Below are positions 42,200-51,784 of a stretch of 64,000 bases of DNA, in pieces (positions within the stretch are counted from its first letter, which is position 1; each line of letters starts with the position of its first letter). The notes under the pieces were generated by a model. That model was not told where the DNA came from and did no database searches. It saw nothing but the letters and a program-made list of their open reading frames with translations. Source of the DNA: an uncultured Trueperaceae bacterium (lineage in GTDB: Bacteria > Deinococcota > Deinococci > Deinococcales > Trueperaceae); assembly GCA_963727505.1 (NCBI GenBank), contig CAVSGP010000004.1:576001-640000 (forward strand). Reading direction: 5' to 3'. The position numbers and the translations under genes were made by a program.

Positions 42200-44833
42200 A
42201 TGGCCCGGGACGACGAGGGCGGCGGGGAACAGCGCGGCCGCAGCGCGGCGCAGGACAGCATGTTCGCGGCCCCGGGCGCGGAAGCCGGCCCGACCTTGCG
42301 CAACGACGTTGGCGGGGCGGGAGCCGCCGGGTCCGGCGTTCCCGCTCCCGGCGAGCGGGTCGTGGTCATCGATGGGCACGGCCTCGCCTACCGCAGCTAC
42401 TTCGGCGTGGGCGATCTCTCCACGTCCAGGGGGCAACCGACGCAGGCTATCTACGGCTTCCTGCGGACGCTGCTCGCTCTGCTCAGGGAGGGCGACGCCG
42501 TCGTGGTCGTCACCTTCGATGCCCCCGCCCCCACCTTCCGGCACGAGCGCTTCGAGGATTACAAGGCGGGACGCGCGCCCACACCGGAGGATCTGCCCTC
42601 GCAGATCGCCGTGATCAAGCACCTCCTCGACCTGATGGGGGTTCCCAGGCAGGAGGTTCCCGGGCTCGAGGCCGACGACCTCATCGGCACCATCGCCGTG
42701 CGCTGCGCCGCGCAGGGCTACCGGGTCGAAGTAATCACCAGCGATCGCGACGCCCTGCAGCTCGTCAGCGAGCGCGTGCGGGTGCGCAGCCCGGATCGCC
42801 CCGACGCGCTGGGGGCCGAGCAGGTGGAGGCGCGCTACGGCGTAACGCCCGCTCAGTGGGTCGACTATCGCGCGCTCACCGGCGACAGCAGCGACAACCT
42901 GCCGGGCGTACGAGGGATCGGCCCGGTGGCCGCGCGCACGCTGCTGCAACGCTACGGATCGCTCGACCGCGTCCTCGCGGACCTCGACGCCGTCGAACCC
43001 GCCTCCTACGCCCGCAAGATCGCGGCCGATCGCGACGCTCTGACGCTGTCGCGCGAGCTCTCCCGCATCCGCACCGACGTCGACATGGCGGTGGACCCCG
43101 AGGCCTGGGCGCGCCGCGTACCGGACCGAGAAGCGCTCACCGCGCTGTTGCGAGAGCTGGAGTTCGGCTCCGTGCTCCACGAGCTCGGCCTGGAGCAACG
43201 GACCGAGTACCGCAGCGTCACGTGGGAGGAGCTGGCGCCCGACGGAGCGATCGGATTCGTGCTGGACGGCGAACGCGCCACCTCGGCGCGGGTCCTCGAG
43301 CTGGCGCTCGCCCGCGGGGGCCGCGTGGCATGCGCCGCCGACCGGGCCGAGCGCGCCGAGGCGCTGGGGCGCTCGACGCCTCTGGATGCCTGCGACGCCA
43401 AGGCGCTGACGGTGGCGACCCGGCGGCAAGGGCTCCCGGCGAGACCCGGCGACGATCCGCTGCTCATGGCCTACCTGCTGGACCCGAGCGGAGCCTCCCC
43501 CGAGCGCCTGGCGCGCCGCCACGGCGCGGGCACCTGGGGGGCCGACGCCCGCAGTCGCGCCGTGACCACCGCCGAGCTGCTGCGCATCCTGGGCCCGCGC
43601 CTGGAGGGCGACCAGCGCACCGTCTACGACGAGCTGGAGCGCCCCCTCCAGGCCGTGCTGGCGGAGATGGAGCTCGCCGGCGTGCGTCTCGACGTGGGTC
43701 GCCTGCGGCGCCAGTCCGAAGCGCTGGCCGAGCGCATCGAACGCATCGAAGGGCGCATCCGGACGCTGGCCGAGCAACCCGACTTCAACGTGAACTCCCG
43801 CGACCAGGTCGCCTGGCTGCTCTACGGGAAGCTGGGTCTGCGCGCGGGCCGACGCACCGCCACCGGCAAGCGCAGCACGGCGCTCTCGGCGCTCGAGCCG
43901 TTGCAGGGCGAGCACGAGGCCGTCGATCTGATCCTCGAACACCGGGAGCTCAGCAAGCTCAAGAGCACCTACCTCGACCCCCTGCCGGAGCTCGTCGACC
44001 CCGTCACCGGCCGGCTCCACACCACCTTCAACCAGGCCGTGGTGGCGACGGGGCGCCTCTCCTCGACCCACCCCAACCTCCAGAACATCCCGGTCCGCAG
44101 CGAGCTCGGCCGCGAGATCCGACGCGCCTTCATCGCCGCCGAGGGGGCGCGGATCCTGGTCGCGGACTACAGCCAGATCGAGCTGCGGGTGCTGGCCCAT
44201 ATCGCCGATGAACCCGTCCTGATCGACGCTTTCAACCGCGGCGAGGACGTCCACCGGCGGACGGCAGCGGAGGTGTACGGCGTCGACGCGCCGCAGGTCA
44301 GCGCCGAGATGCGCAGGCGCGCGAAGGTCGTGAACTTCGGCATCCTCTACGGCATGGGGCCGCGCCGTCTCAGCACCGATCTGGACATAAGCCTGCGGGA
44401 AGCGGAACGTACCATCACCACCTACTTCGAGCGCTACCCACGGGTACGCGCCTACATCGACGCCACCCTGGACTACTGTCGCGAGCACGGGTACGTCACC
44501 ACGCTGCTGGGCCGGCGTCGCATGATCCCCGACATCCACAGCCCGAACCGAAGCGCCCGCGAGTACGCCGAACGCACCGCGTACAACATGCCCATCCAGG
44601 GAACGGCGGCAGACATCATGAAGCGGGCGATGCTGAACCTGGCGCCGGCGTTGCAGTCGCTAGGTGGTCGCCTGCTGCTGCAGGTCCATGACGAGATCGT
44701 GGCGGAGGTCCCGGTCGACGCCGCCGCGGCCGCCGTCGCGGCCGTGCGCGAGGCGATGGCGGCCGCTGCCAGCTTGCGGGTCCCGCTAGTGGCCGAGGTG
44801 GGTGTGGGACCCAACTGGCTGGAGGCGAAGTAG
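42200..44833 (+). CDS. polA: DNA polymerase I (Taq-like, vestigial proofreading domain)
   Basis: IDGH, EADD, GDSSDNLPGV, DYSQIELR, KVVNFGILYG, QVHDE. Confidence 0.97.
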   Translation: MARDDEGGGEQRGRSAAQDSMFAAPGAEAGPTLRNDVGGAGAAGSGVPAPGERVVVIDGHGLAYRSYFGVGDLSTSRGQPTQAIYGFLRTLLALLREGDAVVVVTFDAPAPTFRHERFEDYKAGRAPTPEDLPSQIAVIKHLLDLMGVPRQEVPGLEADDLIGTIAVRCAAQGYRVEVITSDRDALQLVSERVRVRSPDRPDALGAEQVEARYGVTPAQWVDYRALTGDSSDNLPGVRGIGPVAARTLLQRYGSLDRVLADLDAVEPASYARKIAADRDALTLSRELSRIRTDVDMAVDPEAWARRVPDREALTALLRELEFGSVLHELGLEQRTEYRSVTWEELAPDGAIGFVLDGERATSARVLELALARGGRVACAADRAERAEALGRSTPLDACDAKALTVATRRQGLPARPGDDPLLMAYLLDPSGASPERLARRHGAGTWGADARSRAVTTAELLRILGPRLEGDQRTVYDELERPLQAVLAEMELAGVRLDVGRLRRQSEALAERIERIEGRIRTLAEQPDFNVNSRDQVAWLLYGKLGLRAGRRTATGKRSTALSALEPLQGEHEAVDLILEHRELSKLKSTYLDPLPELVDPVTGRLHTTFNQAVVATGRLSSTHPNLQNIPVRSELGREIRRAFIAAEGARILVADYSQIELRVLAHIADEPVLIDAFNRGEDVHRRTAAEVYGVDAPQVSAEMRRRAKVVNFGILYGMGPRRLSTDLDISLREAERTITTYFERYPRVRAYIDATLDYCREHGYVTTLLGRRRMIPDIHSPNRSAREYAERTAYNMPIQGTAADIMKRAMLNLAPALQSLGGRLLLQVHDEIVAEVPVDAAAAAVAAVREAMAAAASLRVPLVAEVGVGPNWLEAK

Positions 44834-44952
44834 GCACACGGGCGAACGAGCCGGTGACGGCCGAGCCATCGCGCCGATCGAGCGGCACCTGGACGCTGGT
44901 GGGCCTCCCCGGGAGCCCCGCGCCGACGCGCGCCCGGGCTAGAATGGCTCTC

Positions 44953-46290
44953 ATGGCAGACAGGCGATACTTCGGCACCGACGGCATTCGAGGGGTCGCC
45001 GGCGAGTCCCCCATGACGGGAGCGTTCGCCTTCAGGCTCGGTGTCGCAGCCGCGGAGGGGTTACGGCGCCGCGGCGCCGCACGCCCGCATGTGGTGGTGG
45101 GCATGGACACGCGGCTCTCGGGACCGATGCTGGCCCATGCGGTGTCGGCGGGACTGGCATCCCGCGGCGCCGACGTCACCTGGCTCGGCGTGATGCCCAC
45201 GCCCGGCGTCTCCTACCTGGCGCGGACGCTGGAGGCGGACGCGGGCGTGGTCGTGAGCGCCAGCCACAACCCCTTCGGGGACAACGGCTTGAAGCTCTTC
45301 AATGGCGCCGGGGAGAAGCTGTCCGACGCCCTCGAGGAGGAGATCGAGTCTCTGATGGAACAGGATGTGGACGGCCTCGAGCCCGTGACGGGGAACGCCG
45401 TCGGCTCCGCAACGCGCTACCGCACGAGCGAGGGCCACTACCTGCAGCACCTGCTGGCCAACGCGCCCTACCTGGACGGCATGCGGGTGGCGCTCGACTG
45501 CGCCAACGGCGCGAGCCATGTGATCGCCCCCACGGTCTTCGAGAAGATCGGCGCCAGGCTCGACCTCACCCACGCCCGGCCGGACGGGGAGAACATCAAC
45601 GTCGATTGCGGCAGCACCCATCCCGACGCCATCCGTGAACGGGTGCTGGCGCACGAGCTGGACGTCGGCGTGACCTTCGACGGCGATGCCGACCGGGCCC
45701 TGCTCGTCGACCGGCGCGGCCGCCTCGTGACCGGCGACCACATCCTGGCGATCTGCGCGCTGACCGCCGGCGATACCGAGGTGGTGGCCACGCTGATGAG
45801 CAATCTGGGTGTGGAGCGCTACCTGCAGGGGCGGGGCGTGCAGATGCACCGCGTCCAGGTGGGCGATCGCTACGTCCATGAGGAGCTGACGCGGCGTGGG
45901 TTGCGCCTCGGTGGGGAGCAGTCGGGCCACGTCCTGTTCCTCGACAAGGCGCCCACCGGGGACGGCATCCTCACGGCGCTGCAGCTCCTGGCCGCCGTGC
46001 GCAAGTCGGGCCGGCCGCTGGAGGCGTGGATGGACGAGATCCCCGTCTACCCGCAGAAGCTGGTGAACGTCCGGGTGCCGACATCGGCAAAGGCGGCCGT
46101 CCTTCATTCGACCCCGGTCCGGGACGCGTTGGAAGCGGCGCGCGCCCGGCTGGGCGACGCCGGACGCATCAACCTCCGGCCGAGCGGCACGGAGCCGCTG
46201 GTGCGCGTCATGGTCGAGGCCGAGGACGAGGCGCTGGTGGAACGGCTCGCGCACGAGGTCGCTGCGTCCGTCGAGGCGGCAGCGGGCTGA
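44953..46290 (+). CDS. glmM: Phosphoglucosamine mutase
   Basis: FGTDGIRG, SASHNP, DGDADR, VGDRY, GEQSGH. Confidence 0.95.
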   Translation: MADRRYFGTDGIRGVAGESPMTGAFAFRLGVAAAEGLRRRGAARPHVVVGMDTRLSGPMLAHAVSAGLASRGADVTWLGVMPTPGVSYLARTLEADAGVVVSASHNPFGDNGLKLFNGAGEKLSDALEEEIESLMEQDVDGLEPVTGNAVGSATRYRTSEGHYLQHLLANAPYLDGMRVALDCANGASHVIAPTVFEKIGARLDLTHARPDGENINVDCGSTHPDAIRERVLAHELDVGVTFDGDADRALLVDRRGRLVTGDHILAICALTAGDTEVVATLMSNLGVERYLQGRGVQMHRVQVGDRYVHEELTRRGLRLGGEQSGHVLFLDKAPTGDGILTALQLLAAVRKSGRPLEAWMDEIPVYPQKLVNVRVPTSAKAAVLHSTPVRDALEAARARLGDAGRINLRPSGTEPLVRVMVEAEDEALVERLAHEVAASVEAAAG

Positions 46291-46350
46291 GCCCTGCCCG
46301 ATGGGCGCTGCCGGCCGGCATGCGCGCCGCGCGCCGAGTATAGTGCCTGC

Positions 46351-46554
46351 ATGAGCGAACGACCGGGCGGCACCGATTGGACCACCCTCAGCGGCTACGC
46401 CCTGGGCTTCGGCATCTGCTCCGTGGCGTCGTTGGGTGTGTGGCTCCAGTACTCGACCCAGACCTTCACCGCCTGGACGGGCGGGGCGCTCAGCCTGGTC
46501 ATCGGGCTGGTCGTGGGCGGCGGCTGGTACCTGCTACACCTCCGTGACACCTGA
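46351..46554 (+). CDS. Small two-TM membrane protein
   Basis: TATAGT 6 nt before ATG; two hydrophobic segments. Confidence 0.65.
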   Translation: MSERPGGTDWTTLSGYALGFGICSVASLGVWLQYSTQTFTAWTGGALSLVIGLVVGGGWYLLHLRDT

Positions 46555-46602
46555 CCCGACGGTTCCTCCCGACGGTTCCTTCCGGCGAAGTGCCGCCGGC
46601 CG

Positions 46603-47550
46603 TCAGCGCGACGGGCGGGCGTGGCAGGCGGTCGACCCGCTGTCGTGGAAGCTTGCGCCAGCTGCGGGCCGGAAGGCCCAATCGTAGGCGTCCTTCCCGA
46701 GCGTCAGCTCGAGCACCCCGAACGTCCCCACCTTGAGCGCCTGGCTGTGCGCCCGCCGCCACAGCACCACGTACTGCGGCGCGCCACCGGTGCCCACCAC
46801 GAACTCACGGATGCCGTGGGCGGGGTCCAGCCGCCCACGGGCGTCCTGCAGCGCGAACCGCTCGTAGTCGTGATCGTGACCCGACAGCACGATGTCCACG
46901 CCGCCCGCTTGCAGCGCCGTCCAGAAGGGCGCCATGCGCTCGTCGTTGCCGTGGGGGCCCGAGCTGAAGCGCGGATGGTGGAAGAAGGCCAGCGTGCACA
47001 GGCTGGGATGCGCCTTCAGATCGGCGGCGATCCAGCGCACCTCGGGTGAGTCCGAGCCGCATCCGCCCACCGCGGGGCAGTTCGAGTTGAGCGCGAGGAC
47101 GTGCCAGGCGCCCAGGTCGAAGCTGTAGTAACCCTTCGACGGATCGCCGGCACGCGCGCCCCAGTACGCGAAGTAGCCGTCCGCGCCCCGGTAGTACTCG
47201 TGGTTGCCCGGCACCGGGTAGGTGATGGCCTTGAAGCGGCCCCAGCTGCGCTCGTACGCGGCCCGGAACGACGCCAGGGAGCCGAAGGGGTACTGCAGAT
47301 CCCCGACGGCCAGCACGGCATCGGGATGGAGGCTCGCCGTCAGGTCGGCAGTGGCCTGCTGCTGGCACGCCCGCGGGCCCGGAGCGGCGCCCGGCTCGCA
47401 CGCGATGTCCCCTACCGCCACAACGGTGACGGAGGCCGTACCCGGCTGCGCGCGCGCGGATCCGGTGAGGAAGTAGGCAGCGACGAGAGCCGCCGCCAGC
47501 AGCATGGGCGCCAGCACACGTCGCCGAGCCGGGAGGGTGTCACGCGTCAT
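46603..47550 (-). CDS. Secreted metallophosphoesterase (purple acid phosphatase-like)
   Basis: Signal peptide, GDIA, GDLQY, GNHE, GHDHDYER. Confidence 0.88.
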   Translation of the reverse strand: MTRDTLPARRRVLAPMLLAAALVAAYFLTGSARAQPGTASVTVVAVGDIACEPGAAPGPRACQQQATADLTASLHPDAVLAVGDLQYPFGSLASFRAAYERSWGRFKAITYPVPGNHEYYRGADGYFAYWGARAGDPSKGYYSFDLGAWHVLALNSNCPAVGGCGSDSPEVRWIAADLKAHPSLCTLAFFHHPRFSSGPHGNDERMAPFWTALQAGGVDIVLSGHDHDYERFALQDARGRLDPAHGIREFVVGTGGAPQYVVLWRRAHSQALKVGTFGVLELTLGKDAYDWAFRPAAGASFHDSGSTACHARPSR

Positions 47551-47621
47551 GGTCGCCACGCTACCGGGCCCGTCCGCCGGCCGGGTGAGAGACACCCGGC
47601 ACCGACGTTTAGCATGGGTGC

Positions 47622-48230
47622 ATGATCGATATCACGCGCGAGCTCTCCGAGGGACACCCAGTGTGGCCGGGCGACAGCGCCTTCCGCCTCGAGCAGGTCA
47701 GCAGCATCGACGAGGGGAGCGCCGTCAACGTCATGCGCCTGAGCACCACCACCCACCTGGGCACGCACCTCGACGCGCCCTGGCACTACGCGCGCACCGG
47801 CGCCACGCTCGTTGCGGTCGGGCTCGAGACCCTGGTGGGCGAGGCGCTGGTGATCGACGCGCGCGGCGAGGGCGAGGTACGGGCCAGCGTGCTGCCAGAC
47901 GCGCCGCTGCCCCCACGGGTGCTCCTGCGGACCGGGCAGCCCGAGCGCTGGGAGGGGTTCCCGACCTTCCGGCCGCTGCTCCCTGAGCTCATCGAAGCGC
48001 TCGGACGGAAGGGCGTTCGCCTGCTCGGCACGGACGCGCCCAGCGTCGACGCGCTGGACAGCAAGGATTTGCCCGCGCACCAGGCGTGCTTCCGGAACGA
48101 CATCGCCATCGTGGAGGGGTTGGAGCTCAGCCGCGTGGAGCCGGGCCGCTACCGACTCATCTGCCTGCCGCTGCGCATGCCGCACGCCGACGCCTCTCCC
48201 GTAAGGGCGGTGCTCGAGCCGCTCGTCTGA
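47622..48230 (+). CDS. kynB: Kynurenine formamidase / cyclase family
   Basis: HLGTHLDAPWH, GTDAPSVD, EGL, DASPVRA. Confidence 0.8.
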   Translation: MIDITRELSEGHPVWPGDSAFRLEQVSSIDEGSAVNVMRLSTTTHLGTHLDAPWHYARTGATLVAVGLETLVGEALVIDARGEGEVRASVLPDAPLPPRVLLRTGQPERWEGFPTFRPLLPELIEALGRKGVRLLGTDAPSVDALDSKDLPAHQACFRNDIAIVEGLELSRVEPGRYRLICLPLRMPHADASPVRAVLEPLV

Positions 48231-48244
48231 CGCCCGGCACGACA

Positions 48245-48279
48245 GCGCGGGCGGGCACCCGGAGGCGCCCGCCCGCGCT
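48245..48279. terminator. Hairpin between convergent kynB and cupredoxin genes
   Basis: AGCGCGGGCGGGC...GCCCGCCCGCGCT. Confidence 0.55.
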
Positions 48280-48319
48280 CGATCCGCGCCGCATCAGCGG
48301 CGACGGACGTGTCGGAAGA

Positions 48320-48829
48320 TCAGCGCACGACGAGATAACCCGCCATGTAGCCGTCCTGGCTCGGGCCGTCGAAGCCCTTGCTCATGCCCCAGTGGGTCGG
48401 GCCGTCGCACGGGAGGGCGCAGTACCAGCGGTAGTAGCCGACCTTGGCGGGCGCAGTGAAGGTGAAGGTGGTCTTGCCGGGCGTGAAGCCGGTCTCCTTG
48501 CCGCTAGCGTCCTTGGTGAAGGTTCCGCCCTTGGCGACGAGGTTCATGTTGATCTCGGGGGCCGTGATGCTGTGGTCGCCGTCATCGTAGTTGATGACGG
48601 TCAGAGTGACCTGCTGGCCGGGTTCCACGACCATGTCCGAGGGCATGAACGCGTCGTGGTTGGTGCCGTCGGGGCCGGGCTTGCCGAGCACGCCTGCCAC
48701 GCTGTTGCTGTGCATGATGACCATGGTCAGGCTCACGGGGGCCGGCGTGCTCGCCGCCAGTGCCGGCATCAACGCCATGAGGCCGAAGGTCGCTGCGATC
48801 AGGACTGCACCCTTGCGAACGCTATGCAT
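48320..48829 (-). CDS. Secreted cupredoxin-fold protein
   Basis: Signal peptide; VINYDDGDHSIT; GYYRWYCALPCDGPTHWGM...GYMAGYLVV; GAGGAG RBS. Confidence 0.78.
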   Translation of the reverse strand: MHSVRKGAVLIAATFGLMALMPALAASTPAPVSLTMVIMHSNSVAGVLGKPGPDGTNHDAFMPSDMVVEPGQQVTLTVINYDDGDHSITAPEINMNLVAKGGTFTKDASGKETGFTPGKTTFTFTAPAKVGYYRWYCALPCDGPTHWGMSKGFDGPSQDGYMAGYLVVR

Positions 48830-48924
48830 GATGGACTCTCCTCTTCTGAACTCGCTTCGGAGTTCGCGGTGGCCGCGCTCGGCCAACGAGCGCCATGGTC
48901 GCTCCGACATCTCTCCGCCGAACA

Positions 48925-48956
48925 GGGACATTCGCCCCGTTCAGGACATATGTCCC
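48925..48956. promoter_or_regulatory. Tandem GGGAC-N4-GTCCC-type boxes (DosR/NarL-like)
   Basis: GGGACATTCGCCCC (48925) and AGGACATATGTCCC (48943) in the divergent intergenic region. Confidence 0.5.
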
Positions 48957-49030
48957 GAGTTGCGTTCGGCCTGCCTTGGCGGCCGGAGGGCGCTCATGGC
49001 TCACACCTTGCCGGCGGTAGTCTGACCCCC

Positions 49031-49741
49031 GTGAACGGCACGCGTACCTGGCGCTATCTGTCGCTCGGCGGGGCGGTGGGGCTGCTCTGCGGCCTCGCGC
49101 TGTTCCTCTGGCCCGGCCCCGTTGCGAGGGTGGCGGGGGCTCCCGCACCGCTGCCGAAGCTCTTCCGAGCGCCGAGCTACGCGCTGACGGACCAGCTCGA
49201 CCGGAAGGTGCAATCCCGCGACTTCCTCGGCAAAGTGCGCATCGTCGTGACCATGGACCCGTACTGCACCACACTCTGCCCGCTCACGGCCTCGAAGGTG
49301 CTGAACCTGGAGCAGGTCCTGAAGCGCCGTCACCTGACCCGGGACGTGCAGATCGTGGCTTTCGACATCGACAAGGCAACGGGCCCCAAGGATCTGCGTG
49401 CGTTCCTCGACCAGGAGGGCGTGAATCCCGACGCGCACTGGCTGGCCTACCTCACCGGGCCCGCCAGGACCGTCCGAAGCGTGGTCCACGACGGCTACCA
49501 CAGCAGCTACTCCAGCGTGAGCAACGCGCAGGCCGAGAAGCTCGCCCCCAGCGCGTTCCAGGCGCGCATGAGCAATCCGGTGGCCGAGCAGGCGAGCGCA
49601 CCGTTCGCGGTCATGCACCAGAGCCCGCTGTTCGTCGTCGATCGCAAGGGCTGGGTGCGGGCCGCCTTCGGCGACGCCAGCACGACGCCGACCGCGGAGA
49701 TCGCGGGGGACGTGGCGCGGCTGGCGGGGACCGGCGGATGA
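49031..49741 (+). CDS. SCO1/SenC copper chaperone (canonical)
   Basis: TM anchor, LTDQ, YCTTLCP (CxxxC), YLTG, VMH copper His. Confidence 0.88.
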   Translation: MNGTRTWRYLSLGGAVGLLCGLALFLWPGPVARVAGAPAPLPKLFRAPSYALTDQLDRKVQSRDFLGKVRIVVTMDPYCTTLCPLTASKVLNLEQVLKRRHLTRDVQIVAFDIDKATGPKDLRAFLDQEGVNPDAHWLAYLTGPARTVRSVVHDGYHSSYSSVSNAQAEKLAPSAFQARMSNPVAEQASAPFAVMHQSPLFVVDRKGWVRAAFGDASTTPTAEIAGDVARLAGTGG

Positions 49742-50526
49742 GCCCCGCTCCGCGCCCCTCCCGCCCCACCCGCGCGGCGCAGATCGCGGTCGGCCTGCTC
49801 GTGGGGTTGGCGCTGGCGTTCGCGGGGAGCGAGCTCTACCACAGCGCGTCGAGCCCGGCCGCGATCGCTGCCAGCCAGGCGGAGCATGGCTACGCCGTCC
49901 GCGACCTCGGCGCGGCTCCGAGCCTGCGGGGCTTCACCGACCAGCAGGGGCAGCCGTTCGACCCCAAGACCTTGCAGGGCAAGGTCCAGGTGGTCAGCTT
50001 CCTCGATCCTCGCGGCACACGCATCAGTCCCGTGATCGGCGTCAACCTCCTGATGGCGGTAAAGAACGATCTGAAGGCCACCGGAAGGTTCGGGAAGGAC
50101 GTCGTGTTCGTTTCGTTGAACGTCGACCCGCAGGCCAGCAACCCGGCGACCACCGCGAGCTTCCTGAAGCGCGTGGTCGGGTACGGGAAGGTCCCGGCCC
50201 CGGCGGCCCAGTGGCCGTTCTTGAGCGGCTCGGCCACCCGTGTCGCGCAGGTCGTGCGCGACGGCTACGGGGTGCCATACCGGCGCCTCGGCGGGGCAGC
50301 GCTGCGAAACGCCACCACGCAGCAGAAGGCCCAGGGCACGTACTTCTACGCCAGCGCCTGGAACCCCCTGGCCGAGAACGACCTGCCGACGGTGATCGGG
50401 AACGCGACCCTCGTCATCGTCGGGCCCCACGGGCGCATGCGAGCCCGCATCCCGCGCGCCTACCAGGTGTCGAGCGTGGCCGTCGAGCAGACGATCGACG
50501 CTGTGCTGGCGAAGAGCGGCCACTGA
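49738..50526 (+). CDS. SCO-family protein lacking copper ligands
   Basis: FTDQQG, SLNVDP, WPFLSG; RGTRISP replaces CxxxC; ATGA overlap with the first SCO. Confidence 0.75.
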   Translation: MSPAPRPSRPTRAAQIAVGLLVGLALAFAGSELYHSASSPAAIAASQAEHGYAVRDLGAAPSLRGFTDQQGQPFDPKTLQGKVQVVSFLDPRGTRISPVIGVNLLMAVKNDLKATGRFGKDVVFVSLNVDPQASNPATTASFLKRVVGYGKVPAPAAQWPFLSGSATRVAQVVRDGYGVPYRRLGGAALRNATTQQKAQGTYFYASAWNPLAENDLPTVIGNATLVIVGPHGRMRARIPRAYQVSSVAVEQTIDAVLAKSGH

Positions 50527-50567
50527 CGCCGGGGATCACCCCCGCGGCGCACCCGGTAGCGCACCCG

Positions 50568-50984
50568 TCACCCTTCCATCCCCGTGGCTCGGGCCCTCAG
50601 CCGCGCGGCCAGCGCCTCGGCGAGATCCTGCGCCTGCGGATCGTCGCTGGCGCCGATGGCCACGAGGACCGTCCCGTCCGCTCTAGGGACCAGCGTCACG
50701 GTCACACGGGCCGTGTTCGTGCGGCAACGGTAATCGGCGAACCGGAACGGCACGTAGCCGCAGGTCCTGTAGCTCATCTCGGCCGACACGAAGGCACTGC
50801 TCGGATCGGCCTGCGTGATGATCCAGCCACCCATCGTCGCCGGGTACGGCTGCGTATCGATGGTGGCGACCGTGGCCGCGTAGGCGTCCGGAAGCGTGAG
50901 CGGCGTGATGGTCTGTCGGGGCTTGACGATCGCGGGAGCACAGCCGGAGAGCAGGATCAGGAGGATCGCGGCGCCCAGCCACAT
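50568..50984 (-). CDS. Putative lipoprotein
   Basis: MWLGAAILLILLSGC lipobox; possible in-frame upstream start at 51182. Confidence 0.65.
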   Translation of the reverse strand: MWLGAAILLILLSGCAPAIVKPRQTITPLTLPDAYAATVATIDTQPYPATMGGWIITQADPSSAFVSAEMSYRTCGYVPFRFADYRCRTNTARVTVTLVPRADGTVLVAIGASDDPQAQDLAEALAARLRARATGMEG

Positions 50985-51009
50985 CCCCGTCCGTGCGGAG
51001 CTCCGCCGC

Positions 51010-51156
51010 GACCGGCCGCGTCGGACCGGGCCGCTTCGAACCGGCCCGATTCGGACCGGGCCGCCTCGCATCGAGTTGCGCTTCCTCGCGATCCGCTTGA
51101 TCGAGGGCCGTCTGATCGAGGGCCGTCTGATCGAGGTCCCCATGATCGAGGTCCCC
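51010..51156. repeat. Two arrays of 4 x ~15-bp tandem repeats
   Basis: GACCGGGCCGCTTCG-like at 51010-51068; TGATCGAGG(G/T)CC.. at 51098, 51113, 51128 and 51143. Confidence 0.85.
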
Positions 51157-51231
51157 TTCCCGTCGCTCGCTTGCCCTTCCATGGTAGTTCCCATACCCCG
51201 CGTTCGGCGGTGTCGCGCAGGGTGGACGGCA

Positions 51232-51267
51232 CCGTGTGAGTGGCGACCCGGGTCGCCACTCACACGG
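51232..51267. repeat. Perfect 36-bp palindrome
   Basis: CCGTGTGAGTGGCGACCC|GGGTCGCCACTCACACGG. Confidence 0.95.
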
Positions 51268-51784
51268 CCCGGAACCCCAGCGAAGCGTTCAGGTCGAGGA
51301 TCGGGGTGTTGCCGACGTGGTTCCACGTCAGTACGGCGTCGACGCCATGCTCTTGCGCACGTCGTAGCGCCAGCACCTTCAGTGCGCGGGCCACGCCGCG
51401 CCGGCGGTACGCCCGGCGCACCACGCTGATGCCCATCTCCGCTTGCTCGGCGGTCCGAAGCTGCAGGTTCACCAGCCCGACCCAACGCTCGCCGTCCGCG
51501 GCCAGGAACTGCGCGTCGGCCCAGCGCCAGTAGAACGGCTCGAAGAGCTCTGCGGCGAAGCGCTCGAACGGCAGGAAGTCCGCGTCCCCGCCCGGATCAT
51601 CCACGACCCCGAGGCGCACCAGGTCGTAGACCTCGCGGCGTACCTGCGGGGTGGAGCCGGCGTCCAGGAGGGTGAACCTGCGCAGGCCGAGGCGCGCGAG
51701 GTCGCGTTCGGCCTCCCCTGCGGCCTCTACCCCGATCGGGGCGGTCTCGGGCCGCCACGCGAGCTTCGTCATCCCAGACGCCAT
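51260..51784 (-). CDS. GNAT family acetyltransferase
   Basis: VRRAYRRRGVARALK, NHVGNTPILDLNASLGF. Confidence 0.85.
   Translation of the reverse strand: MASGMTKLAWRPETAPIGVEAAGEAERDLARLGLRRFTLLDAGSTPQVRREVYDLVRLGVVDDPGGDADFLPFERFAAELFEPFYWRWADAQFLAADGERWVGLVNLQLRTAEQAEMGISVVRRAYRRRGVARALKVLALRRAQEHGVDAVLTWNHVGNTPILDLNASLGFRAV

Noticed and set aside
43200..43620. PolA lacking 3'-5' exonuclease motifs
   Set aside because: An expected feature of Taq-like PolA, so not novel.
41468..44539. 1023-aa minus-strand ORF (also 2150-4213, 28955-31099, 36355-38325 and similar)
   Set aside because: These mirror polA, lon, PBP1A and fabI/regulator genes; stop-poor shadow frames with no family signatures.
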